Origin: Macrostomum lignano
Taxonomy: Eukaryota
DNA: 64,000 bases
Assembly (NCBI GenBank): GCA_002269645.1
Contig: NIVC01000691.1
Location: forward strand, 248,001 to 312,000
Direction of reading: 5' to 3'
Below are positions 20,752 through 35,714 of this stretch, in pieces. Position 1 is the first letter of the stretch. The number at the start of each line of letters is the position of its first letter. The notes beneath the pieces were generated by a model. It did not search any database. It was not told where the DNA came from and saw only the letters and a program-made list of their open reading frames with translations. The translations under genes were made by a program, and so were the position numbers.

Positions 20752-21248
20752 CCATAGTCAGGAAGGTGTCCAGTGTATGCTGGAATGATGAATGAGAATT
20801 TTTTCTGTGCACACCACATTACACCAAAGTGCAAAACCCCAAAATAATTACCTGTGGGCCACATACCAAAGTCAATAATTGAAATATCAAAAAATCAAAA
20901 TATTGAAAAATATACTTACCATACATTACTATAACAAAACAATTTTAATAATAGCAATTTTTTTAATGAAGTTGCCATACCATATAAAATATGGCCATTT
21001 CAGTTTATTTTAAACTTTCTACTATCAATATAGTAAAATAATGTTTACAAATTTGAATGTGAGTTAAATAGCATTATATATATGTAGACATAGACACAAT
21101 GTTGAAGGCATAGCTTTCAGCATGCCAAATTTCTTAGATTCTAATATAAGCCAAAAATTTTCTAGAGCCATAGCGCACGCCAAACTGTACACCAAGATTT
21201 TTTTGCATACCAGAATTCTCTAGTGTATGGATGCCTTCTAGGCTATGG
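20752..21248. mobile_element. MITE copy 1 (TIR CCATAGTCAGGAAGGT family), degenerate
   Basis: Left TIR at 20752-20767 and a degenerate inverted copy at 21232-21248. Flanks ATTACACC and ATTATACT match 6/8 as a putative TSD. Confidence 0.55.
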
Positions 21249-21341
21249 ATTATACTTGCCCTAATGGCTGTTCAGTCTAACAAATAGGGGGTTGCCACAA
21301 CCAACGTCAATTACCCTAGCTAATGCTGGTATCCACTTTAA

Positions 21342-22037
21342 CTATACTCAGGAAGGTAGCCTGCACGCGGGAATTTTCCCGCATGCACAAGCCACGCTAA
21401 AATTTTGGTGTGCAAATTTGGCATGCAAATAGGGGTCTCAAGCCACGCCTAAATTTTCAGCGCACAAGTTTTTTACTTGGCGTGTAACCTTGGCGTGCAA
21501 TTACAAATTGACAGTATATCAACAAGTCAGATATAGATGTATACACTATATATATACAATATATAAAGTTAAACGTGAACAATTGAATTTGAATATTGAT
21601 TAAACCAACTAGTTGAGGCTACAGCATACAGCCTAGCCTACAGCCAGGCCTACACTCTACAGCCTACATTAAAATTAAAATATCCAATAACTTTTAAACG
21701 CTCTTATTTTGTGACTCTTATAGACTTTTAGTTTATTTGTTTCTTGAAATGTGAAGAAAAAGTTTTTGATACTCACTATGTTCTTTGTAGCAAATTTCCT
21801 TTTTTTATATAAACTTTGTTTAACGTAAGTAGAAAATTTATTTAAAAATAGTATCTAATACGGTTAATATTCAAATCACACATACATGAGGCATACATGA
21901 TTTTTGGTATTCAAGATTTTTGGTGTGCAACAGAAATGTCATGTTAAGGGTTTTAAAAAATTGGCGTACATTGGCATGCACCAAGGATTTTTCTATAAAT
22001 TGATTCCCGCGTGCACTTGCCACCTTCCTGACTATGG
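21342..22037. mobile_element. MITE copy 2, about 33-bp TIRs and 8-bp TSD (hAT-like)
   Basis: CTATACTCAGGAAGGTAGCCTGCACGCGGGAAT (21342-21374) is inverted to ATTCCCGCGTGCACTTGCCACCTTCCTGACTATGG (22003-22037). Flanks CACTTTAA and CACTTTAC match 7/8. Confidence 0.75.
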
Positions 22038-22106
22038 CACTTTACAGCTGTGTGAACTGAAGCTGTGCAGAGTTAAATGTATTACTCAGACACAAATTTT
22101 TCCAAT

Positions 22107-22175
22107 GGGATCAAGAATCAAACCCCTAACCTTCAAGCCATGAGTCTGATGCTCTAACCACCAGGCTATAACCAC
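22107..22175 (-). pseudogene. Degenerate tRNA-Met(CAT)-like sequence (tRNA pseudogene or SINE head)
   Basis: The minus strand reads TAGCCTGGTGGTTAGAGCATCAGACTCATGGCTTGAAGGTTAGGGGTTTGATTC. It has an A-box-like part, CAT in an anticodon-loop context and a decayed T-loop. The stems do not pair fully. Confidence 0.5.
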
Positions 22176-24062
22176 TAGGATATATAACCATACATGTCTA
22201 AAATTTTTGAATTCCAAGATGCATATGAAGCACAGATTTTTAAAATCCTCAGGTTCCCCAACAGATTTTATACAAATATTGATATGTTTAAAATGCCTTA
22301 TAAAATTTTATTATTACTATATAAACAAGGCCTAAGCAATATGCTTAGCATATCAATAAGAAACATTCTCTACCCAATTCATCCTACCCATTTTTGGTAG
22401 TCTTGGAAATCAAACAATTAGGTCTAAGCCTTTTAAATAGTTATATAATAGATTTGAACTATATTTTTTTTCAAATTCAAGTAAGACAAAGAAATGAAGT
22501 TTATAGACTTAATTTAGATTAAGATTTGTCATTTGAATACTAAGTAATTGGGTAATGTTACTAATAATTAACTTTTAATAAGTAGCCTAAAAAAGATTCA
22601 AGACTAGCTTACATAATAGGCCCCCTAATCTTTAATAATAATACATAATGCTATAATTAATAGGCATAGGCCTATCTACAAAAAAATTTAATTCTATGTG
22701 GCATGCTGAGTTTTGAAGCTAAATATGCACTAGGGCCTAGTGACTAACTAAAATTTAAATTTAATTTGAATTGATAATATAGATAGAAAGCCTCTAGGTA
22801 ATAAAATTTTATTGGAAGTGCTTATCCCCATGATCCCATGCTGATAATTCCAATTTTATCCACATGGATCCATGTTGATAATTTCCAACTTATCTCCACA
22901 GCAGCTTATTGAAATAGCTGCTACCATTCAAGTCTATAGGCCATGTCAATAATTCCAATTTTATCTACACAGATCTGTGTTGATAATTTTTAGCTTATCC
23001 CCATGGCAGCTTATTGGAATAGAGAACCTTAAAATAAATCTGTTAAAAACTCATATCTACCACTGTATCACCAATACGAACTACTTAGTAACTGCATGTT
23101 ACATGTACACACACTTGGATGGATCCTGGAAGTGCAGTGTAAGTCCACGTCAATGATAGATGCGATTGATGTCATGATGTGAGTCGTGACCCTTACTTGG
23201 CCAGCCAGGGCTCCATTGAACAAAAAAATATTAGCGGCCCCTCCCATTTGAATTTAGCGTTTATCCTGGAATTTAGAAACGGTGGTTTATTTAAACAAAA
23301 AGCACTCGTCGCATTTCATTAATTATTGCTGCTAGCATTCTCTTTTATAAAAAGGGTAGCTTGGTCTCCGACTAAAAACAAAAAAATTATTGCCCCTAGC
23401 TTGAACTTCGAAAAAACTACAAAGACGTAATGTAACTTCGGCTCATTTAATTTTTTTTCGGACTAGACTAGCTAACGTCGGAATCATTGATGCAAGACCA
23501 AGGACCAAGTTGTTATATTTACATCGCTTGAATAGGCTTATACCACAGGCACAAACTCACTGACTACAAGGTAAAACCTTGAATAATTGAATAATTGAAG
23601 TAATATGCTTTTTCGTGGACTATACATGTATAAGTTTAGAAATCTAGATCGACCATGCAAATATTGTCGTTGATCCAGTCCCGAGTATTGAGCAGTCCTT
23701 GGTCAGGGAATAGATGCAGAATTTAATACTAATTTTAACACGTTTTAAGACGCACTTAATTAAGGAAGTATTGCGCCTAGTGTTCATTGGCCCTTTTATA
23801 AGAATTATTTGGCTCTATACTAGCAATAATTGTCTCTAAGATCCTCAGTATTGTCCCCTGCATGCATGCAGTCTCCTGCTTCCAAAATATATTATCAAGA
23901 TATTAGGCTATAAGGTATACGTCAGGTAAAATCTTGGCTACAGTCTGTACTCCATCCATCATAATTAATTTCGGCAAAGACGCTTCTCCATTACCTCCAG
24001 CTATCATCGTCACTATTATTTCTTGCATGTAAAATGTAATTTATATGTTGCACAGCACATTC

Positions 24063-24410
24063 TCATTCTCGTAAACCTTCGCTGCTTTCATTGGCATCTG
24101 GAGCGGCACTTATACTTGTACTGTACACTCAGAAGATCTACATGTAGATCCACAGGTACACCTGTACATGCATATACATGTAGTTTCTCACAGGACTGCA
24201 GGCTCTGGCCGCGGTATCACGTACTTGCTTGATTTCCCGCACTTTCTATAATACACTGGCTATGGTTGAATTAGCAGTCAGAATTAAATTTGGTTGTTAA
24301 TGAGATCCAAAAACTCACAGAACTGATGGCGAAAATATGCTTCATGGGGTTATTTTTAAAATTTTTATGGCACTCTCCACATCTTCCCCAGTCTCTTTGG
24401 CACCTTTCGT
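24063..24410 (-). CDS. Three-exon 3' part of an unknown small Cys-containing protein
   Basis: Exons 24410-24319, 24259-24192, 24120-24063, with GT-AG introns of 59 and 71 nt and consistent phase: xERCQRDWGRCGECHKNFKNNPMKHIFAISS-PVYYRKCGKSSKYVIPRPEPAV-LTSISAAPDANESSEGLRE*. It needs a phase-1 upstream exon. Confidence 0.4.
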
Positions 24411-24569
24411 CTGCGGGGGAGTACTATAGTTCCTCAATCCGTCCTTTCTTCAATCACAATTTCTCAATAATCTATTCCGACGTACATGTATAGCTATATG
24501 GACTCTCCTGAGGATCGGCACGAAGCGCGCGGATACGTACGCATACTCACACTCCTGCTGGGTGTATGG

Positions 24570-25535
24570 CACCATGGTGCTGGCGCCCCTGGTTCTGGCG
24601 CCCCTGGGTCTGGCGCCTCTGGCGGTGCTGGCGCCCCTGGTGCTGGCGCCCCTGGTGCTGGCGCCCCTGGTGTTGGCGCCCCTGGTGCTGGCGCCCCTGG
24701 TGCTGGCGCCCCTGGTGCTGGCGCCCCTGGTTCTGGCGCCCCTGGGTCTGGCGCCTCTGGCGGTGCTGGCGCCCCTGGTGCTGGCGCCCCTGGTGCTGGC
24801 GCCCCTGGTGTTGGCGCCCCTGGTGCTGGCGCCCCTGGTGCTGGCGCCCCTGGTGCTGGCGCCCCTGGTGCTGGCGCCCCTGGTGCTGGCGCCCCTGGTG
24901 CTGGCGCCCCTGGTGCTGGCGCCCCTGGTGCTGGCGCCCCTGGTGCTGGCGCCCCTGGTGCTGGCGCCCCTGGTGCTGGCGCCCCTGGTGCTGGCGCCCC
25001 TGGTGCTGGCGCTCCTGGTGCTGGCGCCCCTGGTGCTGGCGCCCCTGGTGCTGGCGCCCCTGGTGCTGGCGCCCCTGGTGCTGGCGCCCCTGGTGCTGGC
25101 GCCCCTGGTGCTGGCGCCCCTGGTGCTAAAGCCCCTGGTGCTAAAGCCCCTGGTGCTGGCGCCCCTGGTGCTAAAGCCCCTGGTGCTAAAGCCCCTGGTG
25201 CTGGCGCCCCTGGTGCTAAAGCCCCTGGTGCTAAAGCCCCTGGTGCTAAAGCCCCTGGTGCTAAAGCCCCTGGTGCTAAAGCCCCTGGTGCTAAAGCCCC
25301 TGGTGCTAAAGTTCCTGGTGCTAAAGCCCCTGGTGCTAAAGCCCCTGGTGCTAAAGCCCCTGGTGCTAAAGCCCCTGGTGCTAAAGCCCCTGGTGCTAAA
25401 GCCCCTGGTGCTAAAGCCCCTGGTGCTAAAGCCCCTGGTGCTAAAGCCCCTGGTGCTAAAGCCCCTGGTGCTAAAGCCCCTGGTGCTAAAGCCCCTGGTG
25501 CTAAAGCCCATGTTGCTAAAGCCCCTGGTGCTGCA
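24570..25535. repeat. 15-bp GC-rich tandem array GGTGCTGGCGCCCCT grading into GGTGCTAAAGCCCCT, possibly coding
   Basis: Visible array. All length variants keep the frame, and it is open in several frames on both strands. Confidence 0.95.
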
Positions 25536-26075
25536 TGGCGAACTGCTAAAGCTCCTGTCACAGGAACCAAAACTAATTTTCTTTATAAATGCTGAAATAT
25601 AGTACAGTAGCCTGTACATACATGTAGAAACAGACCGTGCAACCCTCAAACATTAGCTACTTGGTCTAAAACATGAATTTAGAAACATGAACTGTTTTGC
25701 TAATTAAGTAAATAATACACTGGCAAGTCATACTGTACGGACAATTAAAAACTACACGCACTGCACATACTACTACACTTACAAATGTGTATATATTCTA
25801 CTGCTAGAGTAGCATGTACATCTCAATGACTTTAATCTAGTATATTTTTTATCAGCCGTAGTACAAAATGAAAGTCTATACGTATAGACGTATAGACCAG
25901 GTGGCATTTACATCTTCCTTATCTTTGTAATAAAAAATATATAAAAGCATTTTACTGACAACTCTACTGAGGCTAAATTCAAAGCAAATTGAACAAACCT
26001 GTACATAAAAAATATCGAGTTAGAAAATGTTGATCTCAGAGTGTTTAAATGATGCCGAAATGATAGCAAGCTGAT

Positions 26076-27286
26076 TTAATGATAGCCCATTAGTCTGCCA
26101 TCCACTGGCGAGTACATTGGGTTGTGTCCCTTCGCCACTTTCTTGTAGCCGCCCAGGAAGTTTAGCGTATCTGCGAGTGTTCAGGGAGTCAAGGGATGGG
26201 TCAAGTGAGTCAGGGATATCTAGTCAAGTGAGTCAGGGATATTTAGTCAAGTGAGTCAGGGATATTTAGTCAAGTGAGTCAGGGATATTTAGTCAAGTGA
26301 GTCAGGGATATTAGTCAAGTGTGTCAGGGATATTTAGTCAAGTGAGTCAGCTAGGATGTTAGTCAAGTGAGTCAGGGATATTAGTCAAGTGAGTCAGCTA
26401 GGATGTTAGTCAAGTGAGTCAGGGATATTAGTCAAGTGAGTCAGGGATATTTATTCAAGTGAGTCAGGGATATTTAGTCAAGTGTGTCAGGGATATTAGT
26501 CAAGTGAGTCAGGGATATTAGTCAAGTGAGTCAGCAATATTTAGTCCAGTGAGTCAGGGATATTAGTCAAGTGAGTCAGGAGATAATATTCAAGTGAGTC
26601 AGGGATATTAGTCAAGTGAGTCAGGGATATTAGTCAAGTGAGTCAGCAATATTTAGTCAAGTGAGTCAGCAATATTTAGTCAAGTGAGTCAGGGATATTA
26701 GTCAAGTGTGTCAGAGATATTTAGTTAAGTGAGTCAGGGGATAATATTCAAGTGAGTCAGGGATATTAGTCAAGTGAGTCAGCAATATTTAGTCCAGTGA
26801 GTCAGGGATATTAGTCAAGTGAGTCAGGAGATAATATTCAAGTGAGTCAGGGATATTAGTCAAGTGTGTCAGAGATATTTAGTTAAGTGAGTCAGGGGAT
26901 AATATTCAAGTGAGTCAGGGATATTAGTCAAGTGAGTCAGCAATATTTAGTCCAGTGAGTCAGGGATATTAGTCAAGTGAGTCAGGAGATAATATTCAAG
27001 TGAGTCAGGGATATTAGTCAAGTGTGTCAGAGATATTTAGTTAAGTGAGTCAGGGGATAATATTCAAGTGAGTCAGGGATATTATTCAAGTAAGTCGGGA
27101 TGTTAGTCGAGTGGGTCAGGAATCTTCAGAAAGAATTTTCAGAAAGAAAGTAGAAAAGCAGAAGAACAGGTTGCTGCTGGTGCGGAACTTACCTCTGGCG
27201 CAGCAGTAAGTGGTGTGGAGCCCAATCAGGAGAATTAGCAGGCACAGGACTAGCTTGGCACTTCCGCCACTGCGTTGCCAAAGCAT
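26076..27286 (-). CDS. Small secreted peptide precursor 'B' (62 aa)
   Basis: Exon 27286-27193 reads MLWQRSGGSAKLVLCLLILLIGLHTTYCCAR, with donor G|gtaagt. Exon 26170-26076 follows acceptor ctcgcag| and reads DTLNFLGGYKKVAKGHNPMYSPVDGRLMGYH*. The N-terminus is hydrophobic and signal-like, and the intron is repeat-filled. Confidence 0.65.
26205..27120. repeat. 22/23-bp minisatellite (AGTCAAGTGAGTCAGGGATATT) in the intron of gene B
   Basis: Visible tandem array. Confidence 0.95.
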
Positions 27287-27589
27287 AGAAAATCAGTTTA
27301 AACAGCAGTTTTAGTAATAAAATAAAACTGAGATTTATTGAACTTCAATACATTCAACAAGTTGATCTGCGCAATATAATTAAAATCCATAAAATTGTTT
27401 TTTATAGTTTCTGTCATAGACATTTTCAGAACGGTTTTGTAGATTGAAACTGATTGGATTAGATTTGGCGCATGCAAAACTTCTGACAGCAAACCGTTGC
27501 AAATTTCGAATAATAATATAGATATTGAAAATACGCCATACATAAAATACATGCAGAGCAGCAAGTGCCTTACCTGTTACGGACAGATC

Positions 27590-27952
27590 TTTTTAGAAGC
27601 AGGGGTTGTGTGCACCCTGGTGCACTTTAAGCGACATTGTCACACAACCGGCGAGAGGCATTGCTGCCCATTCCGCCGGCTCCCCTGAGCAGGCATACAA
27701 GCGCGCGGATACGTACGCAGTCACACGCACAGGCACACACACAGGAGTGTACAGCAGCCCTAACTCTATTTATCGTTAGGCATGTACACTTTAATGTGCC
27801 TTGGGAGTTGGAGCTCAAGGCCGTTAATTGCACGAGCAGAGCCAAGCCGAGATTCCAATTTAGCCCCAAATTAATGTGACTGCACTTGAAATCGAGCCTG
27901 GGCCGCTGGCACACCAGAGCGCCGCATTGGACCACTGGGCTACGGCACCCCC
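27590..27952 (-). mobile_element. tRNA-derived SINE-like element
   Basis: The minus-strand 5' end GGGTGCCGTAGCCCAGTGGTCCAATGCGGCGCTCTGGTGTGCCAGCGGCCCAGGCTCGATTTC has A-box-like and B-box-like motifs without a full cloverleaf. A body segment recurs at 24508-24552 (exact 21-mer at 24523-24543 and 27699-27719). The 3' boundary is approximate. Confidence 0.6.
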
Positions 27953-27968
27953 TGTTTTAGACAGATGC

Positions 27969-28590
27969 CTCACCTGTCACCTGTCACCTGTCACCTTTCA
28001 CCTGTTTCACCTTTTACCTGTCACCTGTCACCTGTCACCTGTCACCTGTCACCTTTCACCGGTCACCTGTCACCTGTCACCTGTCACCTTTTACCTGTCA
28101 CCTTTTACCTGTCACCTTTTACCTGTCACCTTTTACCTGTCACCTTTTACCTGTCACCTTTTACCTGTCACCTTTTACCTGTCACCTTTTACCTGTCACC
28201 TTTTACCTGTCACCTTTTACCTGTCACCTGTCACCTGTCACCTGTCACCTGTCACCTTTCACCGGTCACCTGTCACCTGTCACCTGTCACCTTTTACCTG
28301 TCACCTTTTACCTGTCACCTTTTACCTGTCACCTTTTACCTGTCACCTTTTACCTGTCACCTTTTACCTGTCACCTTTTACCTGTCACCTTTTACCTGTC
28401 ACCTTTTACCTGTCACCTTTTACCTGTCACCTTTTACCTGTCACCTTTTACCTGTCACCTTTTACCTGTCACCTTTTACCTGTCACCTGCCACCTGTCAC
28501 CTTTTACCTGTCACCTGTCACCTGTAACCTGTCACCTGTCACCTGCCACCTGTCACCTGTCACCTGCCACCTGTCACCTGTCACCTGTTA
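27969..28590. repeat. 7/14-bp minisatellite (CACCTGT / CACCTTTTACCTGT)
   Basis: Visible array. Confidence 0.95.
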
Positions 28591-29033
28591 CTCGTAGAGA
28601 ACAAACAGATTTCCATTACAAGTAAAATAAACAAACGGCTTTTTCAGGCCGATCAATAAATCAATTCTAGAAAAAAATCAAATAAAAAAAAATCTAGTTA
28701 GCGAACGGGGGCCGCCAATCCCCAGCTTCTCCTCGCTGATCCCCTCATCATCGTGTGAAATCCTTAAAACGGCCCATCACCCCAGCGCTCTGAAGAGGGT
28801 CCTTCGCTCCGTCTTTTGTCGGGCAGCCACTCGCGAGGCCAGTTGAAGTGACGGAGCGCCGGCTTGCCTTCCTTTCCGGCTGGGTCGACAGTCAGCAAAA
28901 AAGGCATTGGCGAAGGTTTCTTCTAAAATGATATTGATTTCTCCCATTCGGAGCCTCGGGTGTCGGTTCCGGGTCACAGATTCTGCGCGCTCACTCTTTA
29001 TCCCTTTAATCCAACGAAGAATGGAAAGGCCGA

Positions 29034-32749
<3,716 letters not shown>

Positions 32750-32826
32750 GTAAGGTATCGACCTGACTGCGAGCTGCCCATGGCAAACTTTCAGTATTCA
32801 GGGATGTTAGGTAAACGCTTTGAGCA

Positions 32827-35188
32827 TCAAAGGCAGCAAGGGTTTTTCTACAGTGGGAAATAAAGATTGTGAATATGAAGTTTCGAGCTTGTGAAGATTA
32901 AAGCTTGTGAAGATCTAATCTTGTGAAGATTCGAGCTTGTGAGGATTCGACCTAGTGAAGTTTGAGCTTGTGAAGATTCGAGCTTGTGAGGATTCGAGCT
33001 TGTGAGGATTCGAGCTTGTGAGGATTCGAGCTTGTGAGGATTCGAGCTTGTGAGGATTCGAGCTTGTGAGGATTCGAGCTTGTGAGGATTCGAGCTTGTG
33101 AGGATTCGAGCTTGTGAGGATTCGAGCTTGTGAGGATTCGAGCTTGTGAGGATTCGAGCTTGTGAAGATTCGAGCTTGTGAAGATTCGAGCTTGTAAAGT
33201 TTGAGCTTGTGAAGATTTGAGCTTGTGGAGATCCAATCTTGTGAAGATTCGAGCTTGTGGAGATCCAATCTTGTGAAGATTCGAGCTTGTGAGGATTCGA
33301 GCTTGTGAAGATTCGAGCTTGTGAAGATTCGAGCTTGTGAAGATTCGAGCTTGTGAGGATTCGAGCTTGTGAAGATTCGAGCTTGTGAAGTTTCGAGTTT
33401 GTGAAGTTTCGAGCTTGTGAAGATTCGAGCTTGTGAAGATTCAAGCTTGTGATGATTCGAGCTTGTGAAGATCCAATCTTGTGAAGATTCGAGCTTGTGA
33501 AGATTCGAGCTTGTGAAGATCCAATATTGTGAAGATTCGAGCTTGTGAGGATTCGAGCTTGTGAAGATTCGAGCTTGTGAAGATTCGAGCTTGTGAAGAT
33601 TCGAGCTTGTGAAGATTCGAGCTTGTGAAGATTCGAGCTTGTAAAGTTTGAGCTTGTGAAGATTTGAGCTTGTGAAGATCCAATCTTGTGAAGATTCGAG
33701 CTTGTGAGGATTCGAGCTTGTGAAGATTCGAGCTTGTGAAGATTCGAGCTTGTGAGGATTCGAGCTTGTGAAGATCCAATCTTGTGAAGATTCGAGCTTG
33801 TGAGGATTCGAGCTTGTGAAGATTCGAGCTTGTGAAGATTCGAGCTTGTGAAGATTCGAGCTTGTAAAGATTCGAGCTTGTGAAGATTCGAGCTTGTGAG
33901 GATTCGAGCTTGTGAAGATTCGAGCTTGTGAAGTTTCGAGTTTGTGAAGTTTCGAGCTTGTGAAGATTCGAGCTTGTGAAGATTCAAGCTTGTGATGATT
34001 CGAGCTTGTGAAGATCCAATCTTGTGAAGATTCGAGCTTGTGAGGATTCGAGCTTGTGAAGATTCGAGCTTGTGAAGATTCGAGCTTGTGAGGATTCGAG
34101 CTTGTGAAGATTCGAGCTTGTGAAGATTCGAGCTTGTGAAGATTCGAGCTTGTGAAGATTCGAGCTTGTGAAGATTCGAGCTTGTAAAGTTTGAGCTTGT
34201 GAAGATTTGAGCTTGTGAAGATCCAATCTTGTGAAGATTCGAGCTTGTGAGGATTCGAGCTTGTGAAGATTCGAGCTTGTGAAGATTCGAGCTTGTGAGG
34301 ATTCGAGCTTGTGAAGATCCAATCTTGTGAAGATTCGAGCTTGTGAGGATTCGAGCTTGTGAAGATTCGAGCTTGTGAAGATTCGAGCTTGTGAAGATTC
34401 GAGCTTGTGAAGATTCGAGCTTGTGAAGATTCGAGCTTGTGAGGATTCGAGCTTGTGAAGATTCGAGCTTGTGAGGATTCGAGCTTGTGAAGATTCGAGC
34501 TTGTGAAGATTCGAGCTTGTGAGGATTCGAGCTTGTGAAGATCCAATCTTGTGAAGATTCGAGCTTGTGAGGATTCGAGCTTGTGAAGATTCGAGCTTGT
34601 GAAGATTCGAGCTTGTGAAGATTCGAGCTTGTGAAGATCCAATCTTGTGAAGATTCGAGCTTGTGAGGATTAGAGCTTGTGAAGATTCGAGCTTGTGAGG
34701 ATTCGAGCTTGTGAAGATTCGAGCTTGTGAAGTTTCGAGCTTGTGAAGATTCGAGCTTGTGAAGATTCAAGCTTGTGAAGATTCGAGCTTGTGAAGATTC
34801 GAGCTTGTGAGGATTCGAGCTTGTAAAGATTCGATCTTGTGAGGATTCAAGCTTGTGAAGATCCAATCTTGTGAAGATTCGAGCTTATGAGGATTCGAGC
34901 TTGTGAAGATCCAATCTTGTGAAGATTTGAGCTTGTGAAACGCCCCGATTAACGAACTCACAAGCAGATACTCAACAAGGTTCAGCATCACATGCTCTCT
35001 TTCTAGACTGGACATTTGTGGCTATAAAAGAATTCGTGCTTTGAAAATGGGGTATTATTCGTACTTCACTAGAGCTAAGTCAATACAGGCCAATATGGTC
35101 ATACCTCAAATTTCCATATCTCTCCTTAGCAGCACGCGCAACCAAGGCCAACGGTTGTGCTGCTCAATATCTGGAATGCTCAGATTTT
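32827..35188 (-). CDS. Possible 3' exons of an unknown antisense gene (...QPLALVARAAKERYGNLS-LEREHVMLNLVEYLL-KNPCCL*)
   Basis: Candidate exons about 35162-35105, 35007-34962 and 32847-32827. Donors are |gtatga and |gtgagt, with a strong acceptor tttatttcccactgtag|. The upstream structure is unresolved and interrupted by stops and the gap. Confidence 0.3.
32876..34938. repeat. 16-bp minisatellite (TTGTGAAGATTCGAGC) with a 543-bp higher-order repeat
   Basis: Visible array. The near-identical ORFs 33441-33779 and 33984-34322 are offset by 543 bp at both ends. Confidence 0.97.
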
Positions 35189-35714
35189 CTGTAAAATAAA
35201 AAAATTGAATTAGCAAGTCGGTTATCGCCGTGACCCCCGGCCGTTGAGTAGCGCGCAGCATTTCAACTCTTAGCTCGTACTCTCCAACTCTCCGAATCCA
35301 CTCTCTTCTCTTCTTTGAAAACATGCGGCAAGACTCTCGAGACGATCTCTTTGCAGAATTCCGTATGTTGCCCGGGCAAGTGAAACTTTTCATTCGAGAG
35401 GGAATCATATAGTGGGCGAAGGCAGCAGGCAGTAGCCGTATAAAAAATAATATGAGTTAGTAATATAGTGAAAATCCAATCTAAGTCAAGTCATGCCAAG
35501 CAGCTAATAAAAAAGTCTTTCTTTTTTCCGGCACTACCCAAAGTCTCTTGGCGGCTTGGCGAGCACTTTAATTGCAATAGTATTTTCACTAAATGTAGGT
35601 TATCCTATCTTTTTCTGGGGGCTAGATGACTGCTTGAGCTCTGGGTCGAGTCGATGTGCGGTTCGTCACTCAATTGCTGTTTTGCTAGTAGCTGTCTAAC
35701 AACCAACGCTGACG

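Noticed and set aside
25560-25591. KISFGSC resembles the PhoD phosphatase motif IAFGSC
   Set aside because: None of the downstream PhoD metal-binding motifs are present.
26100-26140. KKVAKGHNPMY in gene B resembles the plant CLE peptide motif
   Set aside because: Only a few residues match and the context is an animal gene, so it is most likely chance.
35165-35170. In-frame TGA (RY*AAQPL) as possible selenocysteine
   Set aside because: There is no redox-motif context and no SECIS was recognised. An alternative acceptor avoids the stop.
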